This document shows positions 9,092-19,073 of a DNA stretch of 41,867 nucleotides, piece by piece (positions within the stretch are counted from its first letter, which is position 1; each line of letters begins with the position of its first letter). A program made the position numbers and the translations under genes. The notes under the pieces are model-generated. The model was not told where the DNA came from, did no database searches, and worked only from the letters and a program-made list of their open reading frames with translations. Source of the DNA: a virus (Duplodnaviria; Caudoviricetes). The DNA is taken from positions 1 through 41,867 of the IMG/VR virus record IMGVR_UViG_3300049170_000017. One strand, 5' to 3'.

Positions 9092-9103
9092 CCCTCTTGA
9101 TCG

Positions 9104-9143
9104 GCCCCGCCGCACCTACCGGTCCTGGGTGCGGCGGGGCTTT
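9104..9143 (+). terminator. GC-rich hairpin after major tail gene (terminator/attenuator)
   Basis: Perfect 13-bp stem GCCCCGCCGCACC / GGTGCGGCGGGGC, 11-nt loop, followed by TTT. Confidence 0.7.
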
Positions 9144-9180
9144 GCAAGGACCATCCAGGACCGTGGACCGAAGGACTGAC

Positions 9181-9483
9181 ATGCTTTGCTCGACATGCGA
9201 CGCGCAGCGCCGCCTATGCGACCCCGTCAACACCAGCATCGCCGGACGGGACGACGACGGCACGGTGCAGTGTGCCCGTTGCGGCCAGCAGCGCTACCCC
9301 GCCGGACACTTTGACAACGCCGTGAGGCTAGAGATCGGTGACGGTAAGACGCCGCGCCTCCTGGTCAACGGCGTCGACATCGCCCCGAAGATCACCCCCG
9401 ACTGGACCCTTCGTTCGGAGACGACCGAGAACGGCGTCAACACGGCACTGCTGACGGTCACCTTCGAGGTGCTTCTGCCGTGA
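9181..9483 (+). CDS. Hypothetical protein with two CxxC motifs, 100 aa
   Basis: AAGGA RBS, ATG 9181, GTGA overlap with tail chaperone. Confidence 0.65.
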   Translation: MLCSTCDAQRRLCDPVNTSIAGRDDDGTVQCARCGQQRYPAGHFDNAVRLEIGDGKTPRLLVNGVDIAPKITPDWTLRSETTENGVNTALLTVTFEVLLP

Positions 9484-10043
9484 GCGACGACAAGCCTACC
9501 GCGGCTGATCTTGCCGCGTTCGACCTTGAGGCGTGGGCCAACGGGGCCGTCGTCGCCAAGGACACGATCGAGGTGTCCTCCCGCGCCGGCCTCGCCGTGC
9601 AACTGCTCGACCTTGTCAAGCAGCACGAGGACGCCAGCAAGAAGAACACCCGCGCCGCTGCGAAGCGTGCCGAGGTGGAAGCCTTGGCCGAGCAGATCCG
9701 GGAGACAGCCGCCGCGCTCGAGGGTTCGTGGGTGGAGGTCGAGTTCCGTGCCCCGACGCCGTCTGAGCGTCGTGAGGCGTTCAAAGGCTACGACGACGAC
9801 GACGACGAGGGCCGGATCGCTGCCCTGCTGGAGCGTGTCGGTCGCCTGCGTCCGCGCGGCTCGGAAGAGTGGCAGACGTTGCAGGCTGCCGGTTGGCTCC
9901 GCATCTTCGAGGTCATCGGGTCGGGCCAGTTCGACGGGTTGTCGCAGAAGATGGCGACGTTGGCGTTCACGAAGGGTGTGACGCCGGGTTTCTCGCAGCG
10001 TGCCTTGTCCTACCTCGAAACGCGCAGCTCCGCCAAGAGCTGA
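9480..10043 (+). CDS. Tail assembly chaperone (G-like, short form)
   Basis: Upstream of tape measure; slippery site near 3' end. Confidence 0.85.
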   Translation: MSDDKPTAADLAAFDLEAWANGAVVAKDTIEVSSRAGLAVQLLDLVKQHEDASKKNTRAAAKRAEVEALAEQIRETAAALEGSWVEVEFRAPTPSERREAFKGYDDDDDEGRIAALLERVGRLRPRGSEEWQTLQAAGWLRIFEVIGSGQFDGLSQKMATLAFTKGVTPGFSQRALSYLETRSSAKS

Positions 10044-10372
10044 GGACGGCACGCTCCTACGGCCTGACCCTCTCCGCGTTTCGTGCGCTGCCGGACGAGG
10101 ACCGTCTGCTTGCCCTGGGTCTGGACCTGTACGAGTCGGACCTGTGCACCGGTTGTGGGCAGCCGCGCACCTACGCCCACGACGCGGACTCTGAGAAGCA
10201 CTGGCACTCTCCGCCGGCGACCCGTTGCCACGCGTGTACGGCGTTGGAGGCGAACCGGCGCAAGTACGACGAGTCGGGCAGTGCGCGCGCGCTCTACTTC
10301 CACGTCGAGCCTGATGAGGGCCTGACGTATGCGATGGAGCACCCGCTCCCGTACTCCCCTCCCGCTGACTAG
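9480..10372 (+). CDS. Tail assembly chaperone, -1 frameshifted long form (GT-like)
   Basis: G GGT TTC at 9986-9992; -1 frame open to 10372 encoding EDRLLALG..CTGCGQP..RCHAC. Confidence 0.8.
9986..9992 (+). other. Programmed -1 frameshift heptamer GGGTTTC
   Basis: X XXY YYZ in the correct codon register. Confidence 0.8.
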
Positions 10373-10390
10373 CCACGCCCAGGAGGTGTC

Positions 10391-13300
10391 ATGGTCGACC
10401 GCAAAGTGACCGTCACGGCCACGATGGACGCCTCCGGCATGGTGAAGGGCGCCAAGGAGGCCGAGACTGCGGTCGAGCGGGCCGGCAAGGCAGTCAAGAA
10501 GACTGCTGACGACACTGACGGTGCGGCTAAGCAGCAGGAGTCCGCGTTCCGGCGGATGGCGAAGTCGGCTAAGGACAACGAGCAGGCGTGGAGGACGGCC
10601 GGGACGGCGCTGACCGCTTTCGGCACGGTCACTGTTGCCGCGCTGGCTGCGTCGGCGAAGGCTGCTGTCGACTGGGAGTCCGCGTTCGCGGGCGTCCGTA
10701 AGACGGTCGACGACTCCGAGGCCGGTTATGCGGCGCTGTCGGGCGAGCTGCGTGAGATGGCACGGACCCTGCCTGCGGCGCACGCGGAGATCGCCGGTGT
10801 GGCGGAGGCTGCGGGCCAGCTCGGTATCCAGCGTGAGTCGATCGCCGGGTTCACGCGGACGATGATTGACCTGGGTGAGACGACGAACCTGTCCGCCGGT
10901 GAGGCCGCGACGGCGCTTGCCCGGTTCGCCAACATCATGGGCACCAGCCAGGACGAGTTCGACAACATCGGCTCGGCCGTGGTCGACCTCGGTAACAACT
11001 TCGCCACGACTGAGCGTGAGATCGTCGAGATGGGTCTGCGCCTTGCTGGTGCGGGCCGTCAGGCGGGACTCACCGAGGGTGAGGTACTGGGCCTGGCGAC
11101 CGCCCTGTCGTCGGTCGGTATCGAGGCACAGGCCGGTGGTACGGCGTTCTCCCGTGTGCTGATCGAGATGGGTGTCGCGGTCGACACGCAGAGCGACAGC
11201 CTGCGGACCTTCGCCGAGGTGTCAGGCATGGCCGCGTCGCAGTTCTCGACGGCGTGGGAGGAGGACGCGGGGTCTGCGATCGCCGCGTTCGTCGCGGGCC
11301 TGGGTGAGATGGAGTCCAGCGGCCAGTCGATCCAGCCCATCCTCGAGGAACTGGGCATGACCGACATCCGTATCGGTGACGCGCTGCGGCGTGCCTCCGG
11401 TGCGGCTGACCTGTTCACGGGTGCGATGTCGTCGGGTAACGCCGCGTATGCCGAGAACGTCGCCCTGACCAACGAGGCGCAGCAGCGTTACGCCACGACC
11501 GCCGCGCAGCTGCAGGTGTTCAAGAACAACGTGGTCGACGCCTCCGTCAGTCTCGGTGAGGCGTTCCTGCCGGCGCTGCAAGGGCTCGCGTCCTACGGTG
11601 CTGACGCCGCTAAGTGGTTAGGTGCCCTACCGGAGCCGTTGCAGAAGGTTGCCGCGTTCGGTGGCGCCGCTGCAGGGTCGGCAAGTCTCCTTGCAGGTGG
11701 ATTCCTCCTCCTGGCGCCGCGTGCGCTGGAGACGTATACGGCGTTCCAGAAGCTCGGCATCATCACACCGCGGACGACGACGGCTATCCGCAACATGGCG
11801 ACGGTGCTGCGTGGCCCGTGGGGTATCGCCATCGCCGCTGCCGGTATCGCGCTCGGTGCGTGGGTCAACGAGCAGGCGAAGGCTCGCGCGGACGTCGAGG
11901 AACTGACGACCACCCTGGACGAGCAGACCGGGGCGTTGACGGCGAACTCGCGCGAGTGGGCCACCAAGCAGCTCATGGAGTCCGGTGCCCTGGAGGACGC
12001 CCGGCGTCTGGGTGCTCGTGAGGGTCTGCTGACGGACGCGCTCATGGGGCAGGCTGGCGCCCGCGAGGAACTGAACGCGCTTATCGATGAGGCCATCAAC
12101 CTCGGTGGTAAGTACGCGGGTTCGCAGCAGGACACGTTCGGTGTTCACGCGACGAACAAGAAGTCCGCAGAGGATCTGCGCGCCGAGATGGAGCGCCTCG
12201 GCCTCGTCACTACCGAGGCGCAGCGCAGGTGGGAGCTCTACAACTCCGAAGTTGAAGGGGCGCAGGGTCCCGCCGAACGCCTCGCCGTCTACTCCGCACT
12301 GCAGGCGGACGCCTTCGAGGCCAACGCTGGCGCGGTCGAGCGCACCGCTGACGTCATCACCAGGAACTTCATCCCCGCGCAGGAGCGTGCCGTCGCGCTG
12401 GGTGACGAGGCCGCCGAGTCCTACGCCAAGTGGGTTGAGGAACTGTCCGGCCTGGACGCTGGGTTCATCAACACCAGCGAGGCGATGCAGGCGGTCGAGG
12501 AGGAGACGCGGGCGTGGGCTGAGGCGCAGGCCGAGGCGACGGACAACGCGGAGGACTCATGGGAGGACTTCGTCGAGGCGGCGTCGTTCTCCCTCGGCAC
12601 GTTCATCGAGGAGCTGGAGAAGCAGGTCGCGGCCCAGTCCGAGTGGGAAACGAACATGCTCCTGCTCACGGCGCGGCTGTCTGAGTCCGCGTTGAAGATG
12701 CTCGAGGACATGGGTCCGGCGGGGGCGCAGGCTGCCGCGGCTCTGGTGGACGCGACGGATGAGGAGATCACCCGGTTCAACGCCATTGCTGAGCAGCGTG
12801 GCGGTGAGGCTGGTAACGCGTGGGGCCAGGCGTACACGGACGCACTGTCGTCGCCGGTGTTCAAGGCCGCCGTGTCCAAGTACGGGCAGGAGATGGCCGA
12901 GGAGATCGCCCGGCAGGTCGCAGCGGGTGAGCTGACGGTCGCTGAGGCTGTCGAGCAGTACGACCTCACGGCGTACATCAACGTCGAGGCCAACCCGGAG
13001 GCGTACAACCGCAGCATCGACGAGGGCATCCAGCTCGCGGCTGAGGCTGACGCGGTGGTGCCGATCGACGGTGACTCCCGCCCGGCGCAGGACCGGCTGT
13101 CGACGCTGGAGCAGATCGTCCGCGACTCGACCCCGTCCATCACGATTCTCGCCGATGACGCGCTCGCCCAGGGTGTGCGGCTCGGCTTCCAGCAGGACGT
13201 CAACGGCACCTGGGGCACTGTCGGTATCGACGCGAACGCCTGGAACGCCTATTCGGTGCTGCGCGGGTTCCTCAACTCGATCCCCCGGTCGGTGTCGATC

Positions 13301-13696
13301 GGGCTGTCCGCGATCCCGGTCGTGGGTGGCTTCCTCGGTTCACTGCCTGGGTTCATGTCGGGTGGCTACACCGGCGACGGTGACTCGACCCAACTGGCAG
13401 GCGCCGTCCACCAGCAGGAGTTCGTCTCCACGGCTGAGACGACGTCGGACCCGTACAACCGGCAGGCGTTGGAGTTCATGCACTCGGGCAGGTCGATCCG
13501 TGAGTGGACGCCGCCGATGCAGGGCTCCGCTGCTGCCGGTGGTGGTGCATCGACCAGTGGGCAGGACATCGTCGCCGCTGTGGCTGGTGCGCTCGCCGGG
13601 TGGCAGCCGGTGGTCAAGCTCGGTGACCGTGAGGTGTATGGCGTGATGAAGCGGTCCGCGAACAAGTTCGAGCCCAGGACGGGAGCGTCGCGCTGA
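10391..13696 (+). CDS. Tape measure protein
   Basis: 1101 aa, Ala-rich, WESAFAGVRKTVD, LGNNFATTEREI; AGGAGG RBS. Confidence 0.95.
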   Translation: MVDRKVTVTATMDASGMVKGAKEAETAVERAGKAVKKTADDTDGAAKQQESAFRRMAKSAKDNEQAWRTAGTALTAFGTVTVAALAASAKAAVDWESAFAGVRKTVDDSEAGYAALSGELREMARTLPAAHAEIAGVAEAAGQLGIQRESIAGFTRTMIDLGETTNLSAGEAATALARFANIMGTSQDEFDNIGSAVVDLGNNFATTEREIVEMGLRLAGAGRQAGLTEGEVLGLATALSSVGIEAQAGGTAFSRVLIEMGVAVDTQSDSLRTFAEVSGMAASQFSTAWEEDAGSAIAAFVAGLGEMESSGQSIQPILEELGMTDIRIGDALRRASGAADLFTGAMSSGNAAYAENVALTNEAQQRYATTAAQLQVFKNNVVDASVSLGEAFLPALQGLASYGADAAKWLGALPEPLQKVAAFGGAAAGSASLLAGGFLLLAPRALETYTAFQKLGIITPRTTTAIRNMATVLRGPWGIAIAAAGIALGAWVNEQAKARADVEELTTTLDEQTGALTANSREWATKQLMESGALEDARRLGAREGLLTDALMGQAGAREELNALIDEAINLGGKYAGSQQDTFGVHATNKKSAEDLRAEMERLGLVTTEAQRRWELYNSEVEGAQGPAERLAVYSALQADAFEANAGAVERTADVITRNFIPAQERAVALGDEAAESYAKWVEELSGLDAGFINTSEAMQAVEEETRAWAEAQAEATDNAEDSWEDFVEAASFSLGTFIEELEKQVAAQSEWETNMLLLTARLSESALKMLEDMGPAGAQAAAALVDATDEEITRFNAIAEQRGGEAGNAWGQAYTDALSSPVFKAAVSKYGQEMAEEIARQVAAGELTVAEAVEQYDLTAYINVEANPEAYNRSIDEGIQLAAEADAVVPIDGDSRPAQDRLSTLEQIVRDSTPSITILADDALAQGVRLGFQQDVNGTWGTVGIDANAWNAYSVLRGFLNSIPRSVSIGLSAIPVVGGFLGSLPGFMSGGYTGDGDSTQLAGAVHQQEFVSTAETTSDPYNRQALEFMHSGRSIREWTPPMQGSAAAGGGASTSGQDIVAAVAGALAGWQPVVKLGDREVYGVMKRSANKFEPRTGASR

Positions 13697-14532
13697 TGCA
13701 CACCTACCTCGGCCCGTTGGGTGGCATGGTCGCGCTGAAGTGCCCGTCCGGGTTGCGGCCGTCGTCGTCCCGCCCCATGTCGACGTCGGTCACGCTGGGC
13801 GGGGTGTCGAAGGCGCAGATGGGTCCGCGCACGGCCCGCACCTGGGACGTGTCCCTGGACGCCGTGACCCCCGCCGAACTGGCGGGACTGGCGGCGTTGG
13901 TCGAGGGCGAGCTGGGCGTGGGTCCGTTCGCTTTCGTGGACCCGTGGGCGAGGGTGACGAACCTGATGCCGCCGTCGGCGACGATCTTTCCCGAGGGCGG
14001 CCCCAAGACGTGGGGTGGCCCCGCGGTGCCGGGTGGCCCGGTCGACCTGGCCGATGGTGGGCGTGCCCCGTCGTCGCTGCTGTCTGCGGATGGTGCGGCG
14101 GGTATCCTTCCGTACCGGCGCGGACTGGCCGATGGTGTGCCGGTGGTTCCCGGTCAGGTGGTCACGGGTTCGATGTACGTCTCCGGCCCCGGCACGCTCG
14201 ACGTTCGGCTGCAGTTCAGCACGTCCGTGGGTGGCACGTTCACCACGGCCGCGGTCAAGACGGTCACGAACACCGGCCCCGAGCTGGTGCGGGTGGACGT
14301 GACGGCGACCGCGCCGGACGGTGCCGTCGCGGCGGTGGTGCGGCATGCGGGTGCGACCCGCATCGCCCGTCCGGCGATCACGTGGACCCCGACCGTCCTG
14401 GACTGGATGCCCGGCCAGGGTGCACCCCGCGTGGTCGTGCCTGACCTGGCCCATGCCGTCATCCTCGCCATGGGCCACTCCACCGGCGGCAGGTACACGG
14501 CGGCGTCGTTCACCGTGCGAGAGGTGGGCTAA
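13696..14532 (+). CDS. Minor tail protein (distal tail-like)
   Basis: First gene after TMP, TGATG overlap, ends FTVREVG. Confidence 0.75.
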   Translation: MHTYLGPLGGMVALKCPSGLRPSSSRPMSTSVTLGGVSKAQMGPRTARTWDVSLDAVTPAELAGLAALVEGELGVGPFAFVDPWARVTNLMPPSATIFPEGGPKTWGGPAVPGGPVDLADGGRAPSSLLSADGAAGILPYRRGLADGVPVVPGQVVTGSMYVSGPGTLDVRLQFSTSVGGTFTTAAVKTVTNTGPELVRVDVTATAPDGAVAAVVRHAGATRIARPAITWTPTVLDWMPGQGAPRVVVPDLAHAVILAMGHSTGGRYTAASFTVREVG

Positions 14533-16827
14533 GTGCAGACCGTCACCGGCTGGCCCACGTCCACCGACGCCACCACTCCTGCCGCCACGGCCACCGTTGC
14601 CGGGACCACCCGCGACGCTGACGCTGTGTCGGTCACCCGCGAGTTGGCGTCGGCCCTGCCGTCACAGATCCTCGCCGGGGACGGCATCGTCGGTGCGTCG
14701 GGCAGCGTCGACTGGTCGCAGGCCGACGACGTGCAGACCCGTTCCTCCACGCCGTGGGCGCGGGCTGGTGGGTGGCCGCCGCCGCCGGACTCGCCGGTGA
14801 CGGTGACGGCGGGGTATGGGACCGCGCAGGCGCCCCTGCTCGTCGGCAAGGTCGACGACACGTCCGGCTCGTTCGCCGACGGTGACCTGGCCTCGCAGCT
14901 GATCGACCACGTGGACAGGTTCCGGGTGCCGTTCAGCATGGACCCGTTGCTGAACGCGATGCCGTCGGAGACGGACGGGCAGCCGTTGCGGTACAACGGG
15001 CTGCTGTCGTCCTACCTGACCGACCGGGTGGCCCGCCACTGCGGCTACTACGCGACGCCGCCTGCTGATGCGCGCACGGTTATCTCGGCGCCGATGATGG
15101 GGTCGATGTGGCCCGAGCGGGGCAGCCTGGTCGCGGCCGTGTCGAACGCCACAGGGTCGGCGTTTCCGGAGTGGGTGACGACGCCGTGGGGGCGTGCGGT
15201 GAAGGCCGTGGACGCCACCTATGCCCCGTCGACGTCGCACGGGTCGACCCTGCTGGACGACGGGACGGTCGAGCTCACGGTGGTCCTGCCGGCCGCGCCG
15301 TCGGGCACTGTGAACGTGGACGTGTGGTGGGCGCCGGACGGCGGGAACCTGTCTGGCTTCGGACTAGCGGTCACGGACACCACCCTGGCGGTGAACCGTC
15401 TCTCACCGAGCGCCGGGCAGATCGCGTCGGTTGCGCGCGGGGCGGCGCGGGTCGTGACGATGCGGGTGTGGTGGACGGGGTCGGCGTGCCAGGCGGAGAT
15501 ACGCACCGACACGGGCGAGGCGGACCTGTCGGCGCCGATCACCGCACCGGGAACGGTCATGGGCAACCCGATGCACTCGGTCACGATCACCGGGCCGGGC
15601 AGTGTCGGCGCGGTCAAGGTCGGGTTCCCGACCACGGCGTGGGCGGACCTACCCTTCACCCCGACCGCGTTGTTCGATCTATGGCCGACCAGCCTCAACG
15701 GGCTCGTGTGCCTGCCCACGATCAAGGACGTGGCATCGCTCGAGGTGCTGCGTAGCCAGGCCGACGCCGAGTGTGCCGCGATGTGGATCGACGAGCAGGG
15801 CCGGTTCCGGTGGATGGACCGCAACGTCCTGCCCACCCGGCCCACGGTTCGCACGTTGACGTCACAGGATGACCTGCTGGACGTGGAGTGGGTCGACGAC
15901 TCAGCCGGTGTCCGCTCCGTCGTGGAGGTGGAGTACGAGGAGGTCGTGGCGACTCGCCGCTGGCGTCCCACCGTGACGGTCCACCAGGGCCGCGCGGAGA
16001 CGCTGCTCGCGGGCGAGGAGATCGAGGAGGTCATTCACCCGCCCGCCGACGAGGAATGGGTCATGGTGGACGCCGACGCCGAGTACGCGGGCGCGTCGAC
16101 AGGTGGTGACGAACGGTTCAACTACGGGCGCGGATCCTGGGTCGGCGGCTACCACGTCGACTCGGCCGGTGACCCAGTCGTCTGGTTCGCGCCCGACACC
16201 GGCACCGCGTCCCTGACCCAGCTCGACGCCCGCTCGCTCCTGCACTTCCTGCGAGTCGACGCCTTGGCTGCGTCTGGCGGGGCGGTCATCACCGAAACCA
16301 ACCCCGCATCGGCGGGGCTGTGGACCAGGTGGGACGGGCAGGGCCTGCCTCTGATCCGCGCCCGCGCCAAGGCACAGTTCGTCCCCGCGAAGGTCACCGG
16401 CTCCCCGGTCGGCCCGTCGACCGCCGTGTCGATGACCCACGACGCCGGCCGGTTCATCCAGACCGAGGCCTCCGCCCGCGTCCTGGCCGACTGGCTCGCC
16501 GCACAGACGAACATGCCCACCCCCTACCTGCGGAACGTGCACGTCGTCCCTGACGCCCGGCTCGAGCTTGCCGACACGGTCATCATCGACGACACCCACC
16601 GCTCCGGGCTCCGCATCACCGGCATCGTGTTCGGCTACACCATCACCACCACGGGCGGGAGCCAGACGCAGTCCCTGACCGTCCGAGTCAGGTCCGTCGC
16701 GCAACTCAACTCCACCCTGGGCCAGTACGACCTCGTGTGGGCCGACTCCCCGTTGAGCGACCGCGACACCGAGTGGGACGGCGCCAGCCTGTCAACGTTC
16801 GACACCGACCCCCTACGGAGGACCTGA
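14533..16827 (+). CDS. Minor tail protein (hub-like)
   Basis: 764 aa, beta-rich, MWIDEQGRFRWMDR motif, synteny. Confidence 0.75.
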   Translation: MQTVTGWPTSTDATTPAATATVAGTTRDADAVSVTRELASALPSQILAGDGIVGASGSVDWSQADDVQTRSSTPWARAGGWPPPPDSPVTVTAGYGTAQAPLLVGKVDDTSGSFADGDLASQLIDHVDRFRVPFSMDPLLNAMPSETDGQPLRYNGLLSSYLTDRVARHCGYYATPPADARTVISAPMMGSMWPERGSLVAAVSNATGSAFPEWVTTPWGRAVKAVDATYAPSTSHGSTLLDDGTVELTVVLPAAPSGTVNVDVWWAPDGGNLSGFGLAVTDTTLAVNRLSPSAGQIASVARGAARVVTMRVWWTGSACQAEIRTDTGEADLSAPITAPGTVMGNPMHSVTITGPGSVGAVKVGFPTTAWADLPFTPTALFDLWPTSLNGLVCLPTIKDVASLEVLRSQADAECAAMWIDEQGRFRWMDRNVLPTRPTVRTLTSQDDLLDVEWVDDSAGVRSVVEVEYEEVVATRRWRPTVTVHQGRAETLLAGEEIEEVIHPPADEEWVMVDADAEYAGASTGGDERFNYGRGSWVGGYHVDSAGDPVVWFAPDTGTASLTQLDARSLLHFLRVDALAASGGAVITETNPASAGLWTRWDGQGLPLIRARAKAQFVPAKVTGSPVGPSTAVSMTHDAGRFIQTEASARVLADWLAAQTNMPTPYLRNVHVVPDARLELADTVIIDDTHRSGLRITGIVFGYTITTTGGSQTQSLTVRVRSVAQLNSTLGQYDLVWADSPLSDRDTEWDGASLSTFDTDPLRRT

Positions 16828-18401
16828 TGCCGTTCACGGCCCGGAACATCGCCTACCCCGACGGAACGTCGCTACACCCGTCGGCGACGTGGTGGAAGAC
16901 GATGGCCGACTCCGTCGACGTCGCTATCGGTGAGGTCGTGGAGGAGGCCAACTGGGGTGAGGCCGAGCTCGCCGCGGACACCGACCTGAACACCGTCCTC
17001 GACCCCGGCTACTACCCGGTGACGACCACCGCCGTCGCCGAGTCGCTGGTCAACGCCCCCCGTGGCGCGTCCACCTATCCTGGCACCCTAGAGGTCATGC
17101 GGACCCCGAACGGCATCCTGATCCAACGCTTCACCGAGTACGCCTCGGCGCTGCGGGTGTGGGTCCGCTCCACCCAGTCGGTCACCAACAACACGATGAC
17201 GCCCTGGCGTTCGCTGGCGTTCGCTGACGAGGCGTCGGGGGTCTCCTCGGCGGGGCACACGGTGCGGGCGCAGTCGGCCCGCAACCGTCGCGGCGGTGTC
17301 ATCGGCACGGGCGGCAAACCCGTCGTGGCGCTGCGCTTCGACCACGGCTGGGGCAACTTCGGCGACATCGTCCTGCCGCTGCTGCGCCAGCACAACCTGC
17401 CCGCGTCGATCTGCGCCAACCCCCGCAACTGGCACCGCACCGAGAACAACGGCCTGACCGCTGCCGACGTCGAACCGTGGCTGGTCGAGGACGGCGTCGA
17501 GCTGTGGAACCACGGCGCGACGCACAACGACGCCACCGGTCAGGCCGCGATCTACGACGAGATCGTCACCTCCCTGGCCGAGCTGCGGACCCAGTTCCCC
17601 CGTGTGGCGATCGACGGGTGGATGCCGCCCGGTCCTGCTGCGATCAACCCCGAGGTGGGTGTCTACGACGGGTACGGCAACGGCTCCACCGACGCCCAGC
17701 ACGACACCTACGCCGGCCAGATCATCCTGGCGCACCACGGCATGGCCACCGGCTACCGGGCCGGCAACGTGCTGCCGCTGGACGGGCGCCCCACCGTCGG
17801 CGCCCGCCACTACACGTGGGACAGCGCCAGCCTCGCCAACGTCCAGTCGCGGGTGAATGAGGCGATCGACCACCGTGGCGGTGTCATCCTGATGCTGCAC
17901 CCGTCGCTGATCGGTGACACCGGCCCGTCCGCGGCGCTGGTCGCCGACGTCCTGGGGTGGATCGCCGCCCAGCGCGACGCCGGCACCATCGAGGTGATGA
18001 CCGTCGGCGGCCTGCTGCACGCCGACCGCGACGCCACCACCACAACCCTCACCACGGACACGGTAGACGTCGCACCCGCCCGGCACGACCTCCTGCCGGC
18101 TCTGTCAGCGCCGGTCACCCTGGCCGCTGCCGCGTCCACGACGCACAGCGCGACCGCGGACGCCTGGGCCTACGCCCTCGGCGGGGTCCGCCGCATCGAC
18201 GTCGAGCTCGAGACAACCGCCGCCGGCAGCCTGACCGTGGCCGTTGAGGGCGCCGGGACCAAGACCCTGACCATCCCCGCCGCCGGCCGTCATGTCCTCT
18301 CGCGCCACGTCACCATCCCCGCCGACGCCACCCGCTGCCACGTCACCGTCACCCCCTCCGTCGCGGCCACCGTCCACGACGTCTCCGCCCTCGCCGTCTG
18401 A
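16827..18401 (+). CDS. Tail-associated protein with knob-like N-terminal domain and NodB/CE4 polysaccharide deacetylase domain
   Basis: DLNTVLDPGYY..NAP..GTLEV..IQRFT, then VALRFDHG, ELWNHGATH, ILMLHP; ATG overlapping the previous stop. Confidence 0.75.
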   Translation: MPFTARNIAYPDGTSLHPSATWWKTMADSVDVAIGEVVEEANWGEAELAADTDLNTVLDPGYYPVTTTAVAESLVNAPRGASTYPGTLEVMRTPNGILIQRFTEYASALRVWVRSTQSVTNNTMTPWRSLAFADEASGVSSAGHTVRAQSARNRRGGVIGTGGKPVVALRFDHGWGNFGDIVLPLLRQHNLPASICANPRNWHRTENNGLTAADVEPWLVEDGVELWNHGATHNDATGQAAIYDEIVTSLAELRTQFPRVAIDGWMPPGPAAINPEVGVYDGYGNGSTDAQHDTYAGQIILAHHGMATGYRAGNVLPLDGRPTVGARHYTWDSASLANVQSRVNEAIDHRGGVILMLHPSLIGDTGPSAALVADVLGWIAAQRDAGTIEVMTVGGLLHADRDATTTTLTTDTVDVAPARHDLLPALSAPVTLAAAASTTHSATADAWAYALGGVRRIDVELETTAAGSLTVAVEGAGTKTLTIPAAGRHVLSRHVTIPADATRCHVTVTPSVAATVHDVSALAV

Positions 18402-18413
18402 GAGGACGCCTCC

Positions 18414-18815
18414 ATGCAGCCCCTCTACCGCCTCCCGCGCCACCGCGACACCGGATGGCGCTCCATCACACCCGACGCTGGCGTCACCGGCCGCATCCTG
18501 GTCCGCCGGATCGGTGAGCGAATCAGCATTCGCTTGGAGTCTGTGCTTCCCCCGGCCGGTTCTGGTTCGGTGTTCCTGGCGATCCTGCCTGTGGGGTTCC
18601 GCCACGTCGGTGAGCACTACTTCCTCGCCGACGGCCGCTCGGCGACGCTACCCTCCCAGATCGGCATGTACAACGGCAGCAGGGTCGCGTGGATGCAGCT
18701 CATGTCCGGCTCCGCCACGCGCCCCACGGACGCGCTCTATGGCGAGTACACGTGGTGGGCGACCGAGACCTTCCCTGCCGAGCCCTACCCCGGCACCGCA
18801 GCCACACCCGCCTGA
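18414..18815 (+). CDS. Small minor tail protein
   Basis: DTGWR...LVRRIG...ILPVGFR, a common tail-fibre C-terminal-type module. Confidence 0.6.
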   Translation: MQPLYRLPRHRDTGWRSITPDAGVTGRILVRRIGERISIRLESVLPPAGSGSVFLAILPVGFRHVGEHYFLADGRSATLPSQIGMYNGSRVAWMQLMSGSATRPTDALYGEYTWWATETFPAEPYPGTAATPA

Positions 18816-18834
18816 CCCACCGGCGACCACGCAG

Positions 18835-18977
18835 ACCCCCGGACCACCACCGGGGGTTCCGTCATGTCCCGGTCCTGACGGACCCCAGCGCCGACCGTGC
18901 CCCCGCGCCAACGAGGGCACGGCCGACTTCCCACCCCCGACCTTTTCGGCACCTTCGGGGGGTGCCGGTCGCGGGTG
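18835..18977 (+). other. Four consecutive hairpins in the tail-lysis intergenic region
   Basis: Stems at 18835-18857, 18858-18882, 18895-18922 and 18932-18977. Confidence 0.5.
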
Positions 18978-19073
18978 AGCAACGCCACCCTGCCAGAGGC
19001 CAGGACGGCACACCACAGGAGAGCGATCCCCCCGCCGCCAGATACACACAGCCGACCCACACGGGGGAAGCCC

